Translations under genes and position numbers: made by a program | The notes under the pieces: model-generated | What the model was told of the DNA's origin: nothing | The model's input: the letters and a program-made list of their open reading frames with translations, nothing else | Database searches by the model: none | Assembly: GCA_963817895.1 (NCBI GenBank) | Contig: CAWFQB010000001.1 | Span: 704,001 to 768,000 of the forward strand | Direction: 5' to 3' | Source: an uncultured Chthonomonadaceae bacterium | Lineage (GTDB): Bacteria > Armatimonadota > Chthonomonadetes > Chthonomonadales > Chthonomonadaceae | Length of the DNA: 64,000 nucleotides | In this document: positions 1-8,845 of the stretch, in pieces | How the letters are laid out: each line of letters begins with the position of its first letter | How positions within the stretch are numbered: the first letter of the stretch is position 1

Positions 1-142
1 CGCGATGTCCGCCTGTTTTTCCCCGGATGGCCGGCAGATTCTTGTCGGCTGCTACGATGGCACGTCCAAACTGTACCCGGCAACGCTGACCGCCTTCCTT
101 CACAAAGCCCACGAGATACTACAGCAAGTTCCCCCGCCGTAA
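1..142 (+). CDS. 3' end of a WD40-repeat protein (partial)
   Basis: Frame 2 reads AMSACFSPDGRQILVGCYDGTSKLY...PPP* with TAA at 140-142; FSPDG...DGT.KL is a WD40 blade signature. Confidence 0.7.
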   Translation, partial: AMSACFSPDGRQILVGCYDGTSKLYPATLTAFLHKAHEILQQVPPP

Positions 143-261
143 TAGAAACGAAACAGCGCTATCGGCTGCCCTGCCCCTTAACAGTCCGTCTCTACACACT
201 GAAAATGAGATTATTGAAAAAATTTTGCCTCGTCTTTACATTCTTACGGCTATGGGGTAAC

Positions 262-285
262 ATGCTTTTAGCATCTTATTAGATG
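262..285. promoter_or_regulatory. Tandem overlapping palindromes, likely TA autorepression operator
   Basis: ATGCT-TTT-AGCAT overlapping CATCT-TATT-AGATG just upstream of the AAGGAGG RBS of the antitoxin gene. Confidence 0.45.
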
Positions 286-303
286 TGTAAGGAGGCATCA
301 TCC

Positions 304-597
304 ATGATCAACCTGAGCCGAGACATACAATCGCTTACGGACTTCAAACGCAACACCAACGATTTTGTAAAGCAGATGCAGGAGACGAAAGCGCCTGTTG
401 TGCTGACCGTCAACGGCAAAGCTACGCTGGTTGTGCATGACGCGGAAAGCTACCAATCTTTGTTGGAGCGCGTAGCGCAAGCGGATGTTATTGAAGGCAT
501 CCGGCGCGGTTTGGAGCAAATGGAGCGCGGCGAAGGACGCCCCGCCGACGAAGTGTTTGCCGAGTTCCGCGCCAAACATGGTATTCCCAATGGCTAA
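304..597 (+). CDS. Type II antitoxin, Phd/YefM family
   Basis: MINLSRDIQSLTDFKRNT...PVVLTVNGKATLVV matches the Phd/YefM N-terminal pattern; AAGGAGG RBS; overlaps the toxin gene. Confidence 0.9.
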   Translation: MINLSRDIQSLTDFKRNTNDFVKQMQETKAPVVLTVNGKATLVVHDAESYQSLLERVAQADVIEGIRRGLEQMERGEGRPADEVFAEFRAKHGIPNG

Positions 598-930
598 AGA
601 ATACCGTATCATCCTGCAACCGGAGGCGTATGCCGGAATGGAAAGCGCGTATGAGTATTTGGAGCAATACTCTCCCGATAATGCTCACAAGTGGGCCGTC
701 GAGATCATGGAGGCCATTAACTCGCTGCAAACATTCCCCGGACGTTGCAGTCTTGCCCCGAAAGTGACTTCTTTGTTCAGGAGATTAGACAACTTCTTTA
801 CGGCAAAGGCAGAAACACGTACCGCATACTTTTCACCATCCAAGAGGAAGCGGTATCCGTTTTATACATCCGCCACAGCGCGCAAGATACCTTAAAGCCG
901 GACACTCAGGCAGATACGAATGAAGAGTAG
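590..930 (+). CDS. Type II toxin, RelE/ParE family (one frameshift near 760)
   Basis: MAKEYRIILQPEA...SLQTFPGRCSLAP continues in another frame as ESDFFVQEIRQLLYGKGRNTYRILFTIQEEAVSVLYIRHSAQ, a typical ParE-like C-terminus. Confidence 0.85.
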
Positions 931-1008
931 ATGAATACAAGCCTTCGCCTACTCACTCGTCCAATTGTAGCTATTGTGTGCTACAGGCAGGGAGGGTTTT
1001 GGTTGAAT

Positions 1009-1890
1009 ATGGAACTATCACCTGAAGCCCAAGCTTTCCTGAACAACTTGCAAAGGTTTCCTCCCGCCCTCAATGCGCCACAGTGTATCCTCAGACTCAA
1101 ACAGGCAAATTTGCCCGTATTCGAGTCAATAGTTGCGTTTCAAACCCGCTATGGTGGCTACCGTTTTCCATTTGGCTACACATGTTGGTTCTTTGAGTGC
1201 GGGATTATACCCACGTCGTCTACCTATTACTCTGATCCGTTGCTTTTAAGGCCACTCCTTTCTCTGCACAGGAAAGTAAACGCTCAATTGTTCCATGAGT
1301 ATTACACGCCCTACGGTTCGATTACGGCGATAAGGTTTCAAAAACAATGGTACTTTTCGTGTATGGGGCATGGATTTGAGGGAATGTGCTTTTATGTCAC
1401 TGAGTCTGGTGAGATTGGCTATTTTAATGATGGCAAGTGGCATGCGATAGTCGCATCCATGGATATGCTGGTGGAGCGAGCGGCTTTTATAAGCCAGAGA
1501 CGTGACCTTGGCTATGAACTTGTAGGGCGATATCCTGTCGAAAAATTCAATTGGGAGTATGCCGAAACAGTATTGGGCATGAAGTATAATCCCGAAATTT
1601 CCTATTCATCCATGAAATTTTGGCGTGGTGATAGCGCTTACGCCATTAATTCTCAAGGCTGTATTACCGTTTTTATCCTGTTTGTTCACATCCGCTCCAT
1701 GCTGCACCAGCAGTTGAACCGCTTTTATGTCGTCTTGCATGGCTGCTTCAATAAGCGGTGTTTTTCCACTGCGATTTTGCGCATTTACATCAGCCCCTGC
1801 GCACAACAGGCGTTCTGCAATTGCAATTTTATTCAATTTGCCTTCAGCTATGATGAGAATGAGTGGTGTTCTGCCGTATACATCGCGTGA
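1009..1890 (+). CDS. Hypothetical protein, SUKH/SMI1-KNR4-like N-terminal half; 3' part reads into the opposite-strand ankyrin gene
   Basis: LPVFESIVAFQTRYGGY motif and later FYVTESGEIGY...ASMDMLVE resemble SUKH immunity proteins; sequence after ~1655 is the antisense of ankyrin repeats. Confidence 0.45.
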   Translation: MELSPEAQAFLNNLQRFPPALNAPQCILRLKQANLPVFESIVAFQTRYGGYRFPFGYTCWFFECGIIPTSSTYYSDPLLLRPLLSLHRKVNAQLFHEYYTPYGSITAIRFQKQWYFSCMGHGFEGMCFYVTESGEIGYFNDGKWHAIVASMDMLVERAAFISQRRDLGYELVGRYPVEKFNWEYAETVLGMKYNPEISYSSMKFWRGDSAYAINSQGCITVFILFVHIRSMLHQQLNRFYVVLHGCFNKRCFSTAILRIYISPCAQQAFCNCNFIQFAFSYDENEWCSAVYIA

Positions 1891-1989
1891 CTTTACGTTT
1901 GCGCCACCGGCAAGCGCTTCTTCCACCTCCTGCACATCGCCTTTCAGAGTGGCTTTCAACAACTTGTCTTCGTAGTTACTCCAATTCAT
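1606..1989 (-). CDS. Ankyrin-repeat protein, probably C-terminally truncated
   Basis: GANVKSRDVYGRTPL, GADVNAQNRSGKTPLIEAA, GADVNKQDKNGNTAL; the last repeat breaks off after GNTAL. Confidence 0.85.
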   Translation of the reverse strand: MNWSNYEDKLLKATLKGDVQEVEEALAGGANVKSRDVYGRTPLILIIAEGKLNKIAIAERLLCAGADVNAQNRSGKTPLIEAAMQDDIKAVQLLVQHGADVNKQDKNGNTALRINGVSAITTPKFHG

Positions 1990-2035
1990 TTTTGTTTACC
2001 TGAGACTTTCTCGCGTAAGAGTACGGAGACGCTCA

Positions 2036-4900
2036 TCAGAGATTCTTTTCAAGCACAAAATCAAGAGAATGATTATTGACGATGGCTTGCGCTATCTCGT
2101 CACGCAGGGCGTTCTGGCGCAGTTGGGCGGCGCGGGTGGGCGTGGGTGAAAGCGTATTGGGCAGTTGGCGGTAGTAGGCGAGCGAGCAGACATGCGCTTT
2201 CAGGCCGCCCGCAAGCGTCTGCACATCCGGTTCGGGGGGCGTGTCGAGGATGCCGATGAGATTGAACACCTCGTCGGCCCAGTTGAACTGCCGATTGCGC
2301 CCGATGTTGCCGCATAAGACCAGATGTTCTCTCGCCCGCGTCATGGCGACGTACAGCAATCGCGCCGATTCTTTCTTGTCCGCCTCCTGCCGTTGCCGGT
2401 CAATGGTTTTGTACACCACGTTGGGCGTTCCGTTGAGTTTTGTGCCGAGCGCGAAATGCTGCGGGTCGCAGGCGAACAGGCCGCGTTCGGGGATGAGCAG
2501 GCCGCGCGCCATGTCCGCCAGAATGACAACCGGAAACTCCAGTCCTTTCGCGCCATGAATTGTCAGTATGCGTACCACATCCGCTGCTTCTTCTTCGGTT
2601 GGCGCGTCCCCCTCGCGTTCGGAAAGCGTGTTCATTTCGCGCAGTCGCCTAATAAAGTCGCGCACTCCCATAACAGGATCGGCGTTCGCCATTTGCAGCA
2701 GCTTGCGCACATTGGCAAGCCGCCTGCGCCCACCGGTTCGGCATAGTAGACGGGCGTCGTAGTGAGTGCGGGAAATCAGCCGTTCCAGCAGGTGTCCAAC
2801 CGGAAGTCGGTCCTCCTGCGCCCGCAGTTCATCCATTACATTGATAAAGTCGCGCAGTTTTTCTCGTTCTGTAATTGGCAGCGTATCCGTTTCGAGCAAT
2901 GAGGCAAGGGCGGGATACAGGGGAACGGCTTTGTCGCCCCTGCGTATAGATTTGCCCCGCGTTTGCGCTTCCTCTTCCGCCTGCTGTTGGGCGTATCGGC
3001 TGAGATGGTACAGCGTGTCTACATCCACGCCCACAACGGGAGAGCGCAGGGTTGCGGCTAAGGCCACATCATTTAACGGGGTGTCCAGAACGGTCAGGAC
3101 GTTGATAAGGTCGCGTATCTCGTGCCGCGCGTAATAGCCCCTTCCACCCCCCACCACAAAATAGGGTATGCCCCGTCGCGCAAAGGCTTCCTCGTACTTT
3201 TGCACGTCCGTCAGGCCGCGCAGCAATACGGCTATGTCGCGATACGCGACGGTTTGCCCCCGGCGCGGATCGTCCTGACGGGTAATGCGGAATTCTTCCC
3301 CCTCCACCATGCGCTGTATGCGTCCGGCAAGCGCTTCGGCCTCCATGCCAACGTATTCGCGCCGTCCCAAATCCTGTGTTGTTAAGACCTCCAGACTGGG
3401 ATGCGGTTTGGCATCGAAGTTCGCGCCCACTGTCAGCGGCACAAATGGCGTGGTTTCATTTCGCCAGACTTGCCGGAACACCATCTCGACGGTTTGCAGG
3501 ATTTCGGGGCGTGACCGGAAGTTTACCGACAGGGAGACGTGAACGCCCGCTTTATCCTCCCGAAACTGGCGTTCCAGATCGCGAAACAGGCGCGAGTCGG
3601 CATGGCGGAACCCGTAAATGCTCTGCTGCACGTCCCCAACTACAAACAGATGGTTGCGCGGTATGCCCGCTTCCTGACTTGATTTGACGTGCAGCAGATT
3701 GATGAGCCGCATTTGCAGCGGGTTCGTATCCTGAAACTCATCTACCATTAAATGCCGGAACAGACGCTGATAACGGGCGCGAACAACGGGGGATTTTGTA
3801 AGCAGGCGTACCCCTTCTTCCTGCAAATCTTCGGTGTCCAGACTGCCGCGCTTCTGTTTTGCGATCTCGTACTCTTTCCAGACGGCAACCGCCAGTTGCC
3901 ACAGCCGATGGCATTGCAGGGCGGCGTTTTCTTCGGTATCCGCCAGAGTGCCGAACAGGTCACGCGCTTCTTCGCACTGAATACGGATGCGCTGTAACAG
4001 TCGCGCCGTTTCCATGTCGGCGGGCGTCGCCACCTGACGCGGCGCGCTGCGGCTGACGCTTTTATACGCGGCTTCCAATGCGGACAGGGTTGGGAAAAGC
4101 GCGTCTGCGTCGGGATGTAAATACTCGGCGTGTTCCAGCAGGGCGTCACAGGCGATGCGAACCGTACCCATCAGATTATCGCGCAGCCCGGACAATGTTA
4201 CGAGCGCGGCGTTGATCTCGGTCAGAAGGGGCGTGAGCAGCATCCACACGGGTTCCAGCGAACGCGCGCCGGTTATGTCCTGCCCGTCCAGCGTGTGCTT
4301 TTCTACCGTGCGCAGGCTTTTCCCCGCGCCGCGCATTTTGGCGATCAGGTTTTCCGTCGCGCCGGACAGGACAAAAAGAGAGTCGCCGCTGGTGTCGTTA
4401 TACGCGCGTTCGCCCTGCGTGGCGGCTACCAACTCGGTAATGTCCGCGTTGTTAGCGGCGTAGGCGCGTGAAATGACGGTTTCAAACGATTGCCGCAATA
4501 ATCGCCGGGATTGCGTCTCGTCCAGAACGCGGAATTGTGGATCAACTCCGGCTTCAAAGGGGTTCTCTTGCAGCAGACGCGAACAGAAGCCGTGAATGGT
4601 GCTGATGTACGCGGTTTCCACCTGCCGCCGCTCCTCGACAAGATTGCGCCGCGACAATTCTGCCACAATCCGGGTTTTCATCTCTTTGGTGGCTTTTTCC
4701 GTGAAGGTGATTACCAGTATCTCGTCCACGCGGACGCGCTGTTCCGGGGAGATTCCCTCCTGTTGCCCGGACGTGACGAGCCGAACGAACCGCTCCACAA
4801 GAACACCGGTCTTGCCCGAACCCGCGCCCGCCGCCACGCAAATGTCGCTATGGTCGGTATTTATCGCCTGCCGCTGATTTTCTGTAAACTTTTCCTTCAC
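2036..4900 (-). CDS. addA: UvrD/AddA-like SF1A helicase with no evident C-terminal nuclease domain
   Basis: AGAGSGKT, ITFTEKATKEM, STIHGFC, VDEFQDTN, VGDVQQSIYGFR, NFRS, TIHGAKGLEF, YVAMTRARE. Confidence 0.85.
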   Translation of the reverse strand: MKEKFTENQRQAINTDHSDICVAAGAGSGKTGVLVERFVRLVTSGQQEGISPEQRVRVDEILVITFTEKATKEMKTRIVAELSRRNLVEERRQVETAYISTIHGFCSRLLQENPFEAGVDPQFRVLDETQSRRLLRQSFETVISRAYAANNADITELVAATQGERAYNDTSGDSLFVLSGATENLIAKMRGAGKSLRTVEKHTLDGQDITGARSLEPVWMLLTPLLTEINAALVTLSGLRDNLMGTVRIACDALLEHAEYLHPDADALFPTLSALEAAYKSVSRSAPRQVATPADMETARLLQRIRIQCEEARDLFGTLADTEENAALQCHRLWQLAVAVWKEYEIAKQKRGSLDTEDLQEEGVRLLTKSPVVRARYQRLFRHLMVDEFQDTNPLQMRLINLLHVKSSQEAGIPRNHLFVVGDVQQSIYGFRHADSRLFRDLERQFREDKAGVHVSLSVNFRSRPEILQTVEMVFRQVWRNETTPFVPLTVGANFDAKPHPSLEVLTTQDLGRREYVGMEAEALAGRIQRMVEGEEFRITRQDDPRRGQTVAYRDIAVLLRGLTDVQKYEEAFARRGIPYFVVGGGRGYYARHEIRDLINVLTVLDTPLNDVALAATLRSPVVGVDVDTLYHLSRYAQQQAEEEAQTRGKSIRRGDKAVPLYPALASLLETDTLPITEREKLRDFINVMDELRAQEDRLPVGHLLERLISRTHYDARLLCRTGGRRRLANVRKLLQMANADPVMGVRDFIRRLREMNTLSEREGDAPTEEEAADVVRILTIHGAKGLEFPVVILADMARGLLIPERGLFACDPQHFALGTKLNGTPNVVYKTIDRQRQEADKKESARLLYVAMTRAREHLVLCGNIGRNRQFNWADEVFNLIGILDTPPEPDVQTLAGGLKAHVCSLAYYRQLPNTLSPTPTRAAQLRQNALRDEIAQAIVNNHSLDFVLEKNL

Positions 4901-4940
4901 GGGCGTTCGTCTTGCTCCTGTTTCGTGCCAGAATAGTGTA

Positions 4941-5041
4941 GGTGTTCGGTGTTCGGTGTTCGGTTCACAGCCTTGTTACTCTAATTATGCAGCATCGCTT
5001 TTGCATTTTCCGAACACCGAACACCGAACACCGAACACCGA
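4941..5041. repeat. Inverted pair of heptamer arrays, (GGTGTTC)n and (CCGAACA)n
   Basis: About 3 units at 4941-4965 and about 4 complementary units at 5010-5041 in the divergent addA/parA intergenic region. Confidence 0.9.
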
Positions 5042-5083
5042 TGTATACGTTTTGGCCTTCGTGGCCCGGAAGGTGAAGCGGGT

Positions 5084-5845
5084 ATGGGTATTGTGTATGC
5101 GGTTGTAAACCAGAAGGGCGGCGTCGGCAAGACCACGACAGCGGTAAATCTGTCAGCGTACATGGCTATGGCCGGCGCGAAAGTGCTGCTGGTGGACCTG
5201 GACCCGCAGGGCAACGCCACCAGCGGGATGGGCGTGGATCGCGGCAGCCTGAAACTCTCCACATATGATGTGCTGCTGGACGGCCTTCCCGTTACGGAAG
5301 CAGTGGTACGCACCAAAGTGGAAAATCTTGCCCTCTTGCCTGCTACCATTGATCTGGCGGGCGCGGATATGGAACTGATGGCGAAAATCTCGCGCGAAAC
5401 GTTTCTGCGGCAGGCGCTGGAACCGGCGCGGGAGTATTTCGACGTGATCCTGATTGATTCGCCGCCCTCACTTGGCCTGCTGACTCTTAACGCTCTCGTC
5501 GCCTCAAACGGCGTGATTTTGCCGATACAAACCGAGTTTTACGCGCTGGAGGGTATCAGCCAGTTGCTCAAGACCATTGACCTTGTGAAGCGTCAGTTGA
5601 ATCCGTCTTTGTATGTCGCCAAAGTGATTCTAACGATGTATGACAACCGGACGCGGTTAGCTCAACAGGTAGAGGCGGATGTCAAGAATTTTTTCCGCGA
5701 CAAGGTTTCTCCCACTATTATACCGCGCAATGTGCGTCTATCGGAAGCGCCGAGTCACGGCCTTCCGATTGCGCTGTATGATCCTAAATCGCGGGGCGCG
5801 CTGGCGTACCAGAAAATCGCGCAGGAGGTATTGAAAAATGGGTAA
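5084..5845 (+). CDS. parA: Chromosome partitioning ATPase ParA/Soj
   Basis: NQKGGVGKTTTAVNL, DLDPQGNAT, DSPPSLGLLT, IPRNVRLSEAPSHG. Confidence 0.97.
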   Translation: MGIVYAVVNQKGGVGKTTTAVNLSAYMAMAGAKVLLVDLDPQGNATSGMGVDRGSLKLSTYDVLLDGLPVTEAVVRTKVENLALLPATIDLAGADMELMAKISRETFLRQALEPAREYFDVILIDSPPSLGLLTLNALVASNGVILPIQTEFYALEGISQLLKTIDLVKRQLNPSLYVAKVILTMYDNRTRLAQQVEADVKNFFRDKVSPTIIPRNVRLSEAPSHGLPIALYDPKSRGALAYQKIAQEVLKNG

Positions 5846-6764
5846 GCGAGGATTAGGCCGGGGGTTGGCCGCGCTGATTTCGGAAAATACGATGCGTGAC
5901 GGGGAAGCGCGGGTACAGGAAGTGCCGGTTTCGCAGGTGACACCCAATCCGTATCAGCCCCGTACCCTGTTCGACCCGATTAAAATGGAGGAGCTTGTCA
6001 CCTCCATTAAGGAACACGGCGTTTTGCAGCCAATTCTGTTGCGGGAAGTGGGACACGAGCGTTTTCAGATTGTGGCGGGCGAGCGCCGGTTCCGGGCCGC
6101 GCAGACAGCGGGACTGACGCAGGTTCCCGCGATTGTCAAGGAGTGTTCTGAGCGGGAACTGCTGGAAATGGCGGTTGTCGAAAATGTACAGCGCGAAGAC
6201 ATTGGCGCGATGGAAGCGGCGCGGGCCTATCGCCGCATGATTGACGAATTCCACATGACGCAGGAAACCGTCAGTCACCGCGTCGGAAAGAGCCGTTCGT
6301 CCGTCGCCAATCTGGTGCGCCTGCTCGACCTGCCGGACGTGGTGCAGGACAGCCTTGAACGTAACCAACTGTCGGAGGGACACGGCAAGGCGTTGCTCAA
6401 ACTGCGCGATCACCCCGAACTGCTGGAACGCGCCTGGCGGCGGGCGGCAACGGAACAGTTGTCGGTTCGGGCAACCGAACAGGTGATAGAATTGCTTTTA
6501 ACGCCTTCGCGCTCCTCTTCCGCCGGTTCCAGCGCGGAGGGGGACCGTACTCCCGCTTCCGCTGCTTCCAATGGCACAGCCTCATTTTCCGCTTCCGACC
6601 CGCATGAGGCCGCGCTTGCCGGCAATCTTCAGGATCGGTTGGGAACCAGGGTGTTTGTGCGGCGGGACGGCAAGGGTAGAGGGCGTATCGAAATCGAGTT
6701 TTATACGGAAGAGGATTTACAGCGCGTGTTCGATCTGCTGCTTGAAACCGGGCGGGGGAGATAA
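5838..6764 (+). CDS. parB: Chromosome partitioning protein ParB/Spo0J
   Basis: RGLGRGLAAL, PNPYQPR, AGERRFRAA, ENVQREDI, HTH GKSRSSVANLVRLL. Confidence 0.97.
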   Translation: MGKRGLGRGLAALISENTMRDGEARVQEVPVSQVTPNPYQPRTLFDPIKMEELVTSIKEHGVLQPILLREVGHERFQIVAGERRFRAAQTAGLTQVPAIVKECSERELLEMAVVENVQREDIGAMEAARAYRRMIDEFHMTQETVSHRVGKSRSSVANLVRLLDLPDVVQDSLERNQLSEGHGKALLKLRDHPELLERAWRRAATEQLSVRATEQVIELLLTPSRSSSAGSSAEGDRTPASAASNGTASFSASDPHEAALAGNLQDRLGTRVFVRRDGKGRGRIEIEFYTEEDLQRVFDLLLETGRGR

Positions 6765-6766
6765 AC

Positions 6767-7267
6767 ATGTCTGAGGAACCGCGCGAGTATCCTCCCGTAG
6801 AGCGTTTCTACTACGATGATGAGAATACTCCTGCTCCCAACAAGCCGCTGCATCCGGGCGTGGCGGCGGTTATCTTCGATGAAACGGGCCGCGTTCTGTT
6901 TATGAAGCGATCTCGCAGTGACCACTGGTGTTTGCCGGGGGGCCGCATGGATATGGACGAGTCGGCGCAGGCATGTTGTATCCGCGAGACATGGGAGGAG
7001 ACGGGCTATGAAACGGAGATTGTTCGTCTGATCTCTCTCAATACCAATCCCCGCAGCGTGGTTCACTACCCGGACGGCAACATCTACCGCAGTTTCGTCA
7101 TCTGTTTCGAGGCAAGGATTACGGGCGGGGAGTTGAAAGCCAGCGCGGAGTCGGAAGCGTTTCGGTGGGTAGGGAAGCACGAACTGGATACTATCAACCT
7201 CATTCCCGACAGCCGTCTGAACGCTCTGGACGCTTGGATCAATCAAGAGGCGGCTTTTATTCGGTAG
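6767..7267 (+). CDS. NUDIX hydrolase
   Basis: Nudix box GGRMDMDESAQACCIRETWEETG. Confidence 0.93.
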   Translation: MSEEPREYPPVERFYYDDENTPAPNKPLHPGVAAVIFDETGRVLFMKRSRSDHWCLPGGRMDMDESAQACCIRETWEETGYETEIVRLISLNTNPRSVVHYPDGNIYRSFVICFEARITGGELKASAESEAFRWVGKHELDTINLIPDSRLNALDAWINQEAAFIR

Positions 7268-7310
7268 CGATTAGCACCAAATTGTTCTACGGTCAACAAT
7301 TTGGCGCTTG

Positions 7311-8000
7311 TTAAGCGCGTTCCAGATCGGCAAGGAGGGGGCAGTGGTCGGAGGCAAGACTGTCTACCACCTCCATATATCGCAGGGTTAAATCGGGGGA
7401 AAAGAGGATGTAGTCAATCCGTTCTCTGGGGTTATCGGAGACAAATGTCGGCCGGTTTTGTCCTGTATCCGCATCCGTCAGGCCGGTCTTCTCCACAAGG
7501 GCTTTCACGGCGGGCGCGTCCGGCCCCTCATTCAAATCCCCGCAAAAGATCACGGGATGCCGCGCTTCCGCAATCAGCGGAACCAGAAATTCCGCCTGCT
7601 TTTCGCGCTCCTCGCCATCCAGTCCCCAGTGCGCGCAGAAAACCGTAAGACGGCCAATCCCGGCAACGTCGCGAAGCTGAAGTTCCAGCGCGCCACGCTG
7701 TTCGCGCAGGCTCGGCAGATGATGCTCCTTCGCTTCTACTATCGTGTCCCGCGCCGCAATCGCGATGCCGTAACTGCCCAATCCAATCCGCAGGTTGCGT
7801 TGAAACAAAACGGGACGCTGAAGGTTTCGCGCCAGAACGCCGGGCTGGTCTTCACCCCCGCTTTGCGGGGTGCGCTGATGAATCTCCTGAAAGCAGACGA
7901 CATCCGGGGACAGTCCGCGCACAACGGACGCGATGCGGCGCGTGGAGCGCAGCCCGTCCATGCCAAGACTGCCGCGCGTGTTGTAGGTAACAATTCTCAT
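7311..8000 (-). CDS. Endonuclease/exonuclease/phosphatase (EEP) family protein
   Basis: MRIVTYN, DVVCFQE, CGDLNE, RIDYIL, ASDH; start taken at ATG 8000. Confidence 0.92.
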   Translation of the reverse strand: MRIVTYNTRGSLGMDGLRSTRRIASVVRGLSPDVVCFQEIHQRTPQSGGEDQPGVLARNLQRPVLFQRNLRIGLGSYGIAIAARDTIVEAKEHHLPSLREQRGALELQLRDVAGIGRLTVFCAHWGLDGEEREKQAEFLVPLIAEARHPVIFCGDLNEGPDAPAVKALVEKTGLTDADTGQNRPTFVSDNPRERIDYILFSPDLTLRYMEVVDSLASDHCPLLADLERA

Positions 8001-8027
8001 GGCTTTCAGTATACTCGATACCAAACA

Positions 8028-8066
8028 TAAAATGTCGGGGATGCAGTTTCGCATCCCCGACAAAAT
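8028..8066 (-). terminator. Intrinsic terminator downstream of flgM
   Basis: 12-bp stem TGTCGGGGATGC/GCATCCCCGACA followed by TTTT on the minus strand. Confidence 0.8.
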
Positions 8067-8157
8067 TAAACACACATTGAACACTACAGGAAGCGACACG
8101 CAAAGCAAACAAGCCTCTTGTCTTAACGCTCGATGCCTGACGCTTCCTGCTCCTCTT

Positions 8158-8469
8158 TTACAGCGAGGTATTGTCCGCCAGAGTACGGCGAATAATCAAA
8201 TCCGCGATATCCTGACCACTCACATGGTACGTGCCACTTTCAACCTGAGCCTTCAGCGCCTGAACACGGTCTTCACGCACATCCGGCAACTGGCTGATCT
8301 GTTTTTTGATTTGCAGCACTTCCTGCGCCGCCGCCGAAACATCTACCTGCGCCGCCTGACGGCTCTGGATGCTGCGGCCCGACGTGGAAACAGCGGTGAG
8401 AGGCGCAGAAGAGCGCTCCCGCGTGGTGTCACTCAACAACCGGCTTACTTCTTCAGTGGATATTCTCAT
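8158..8469 (-). CDS. flgM: Anti-sigma-28 factor FlgM
   Basis: About 103 aa; C-terminus LPDVREDRVQALKAQVESGTYHVSGQDIADLI is the FlgM signature; GGAGG RBS. Confidence 0.88.
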   Translation of the reverse strand: MRISTEEVSRLLSDTTRERSSAPLTAVSTSGRSIQSRQAAQVDVSAAAQEVLQIKKQISQLPDVREDRVQALKAQVESGTYHVSGQDIADLIIRRTLADNTSL

Positions 8470-8521
8470 TGTTTTGCCTCCTGGTCGGTAAAAACAATAC
8501 ATTGCGTATTGGTTTACGTCG

Positions 8522-8650
8522 AGTACGGCAACCTGGCGACCATCAGGAGTCTGTTCCATGGCAGTCAGCGCGTATGCGCTATTCTACTTAACATCCTCTA
8601 AGGCCCATGGCTTTGCGTCCCCACATTTCTATGGGTTTGCCTTTGACATC
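8522..8650 (-). ncRNA. Cyclic di-GMP-I (GEMM) riboswitch with an extended P3
   Basis: Minus strand reads AAAGGCAAACCCAUA-GAAA-UGUGGGGACGCAAAGCCAUGGGCCUUA...AUGGUCGCCAGGUUGCCG, matching the c-di-GMP-I consensus; lies in the flgM 5' leader. Confidence 0.9.
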
Positions 8651-8664
8651 ATCTCTCACAAGTA

Positions 8665-8692
8665 TCATCGGCAGAATCTGCAACGGTCTTCA
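8665..8692 (-). promoter_or_regulatory. Sigma28/SigD-type promoter for flgM
   Basis: TGAA-N16-GCCGATGA on the minus strand (consensus TAAA-N15/16-GCCGATAW), just upstream of the riboswitch. Confidence 0.7.
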
Positions 8693-8845
8693 GGGTTATT
8701 TCTGCAAATTTTTCTGCTGCAAGACAATAGCACAATAATTGTTGCCACGTCAATAACTCTAACATACAAAATCGTAATAAACGAAAGAAGTATAAAATGG
8801 ATACGTAGCGATTTGGAGAAAAGGGCGGACGCCTTAGAGGAATTT

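Noticed and set aside
160..200. Third copy of the micro-ORF element (GTCTCTACACACT)
   Set aside because: Only 12/13 nt match; no SD, micro-ORF or pairing GAGAC arm.
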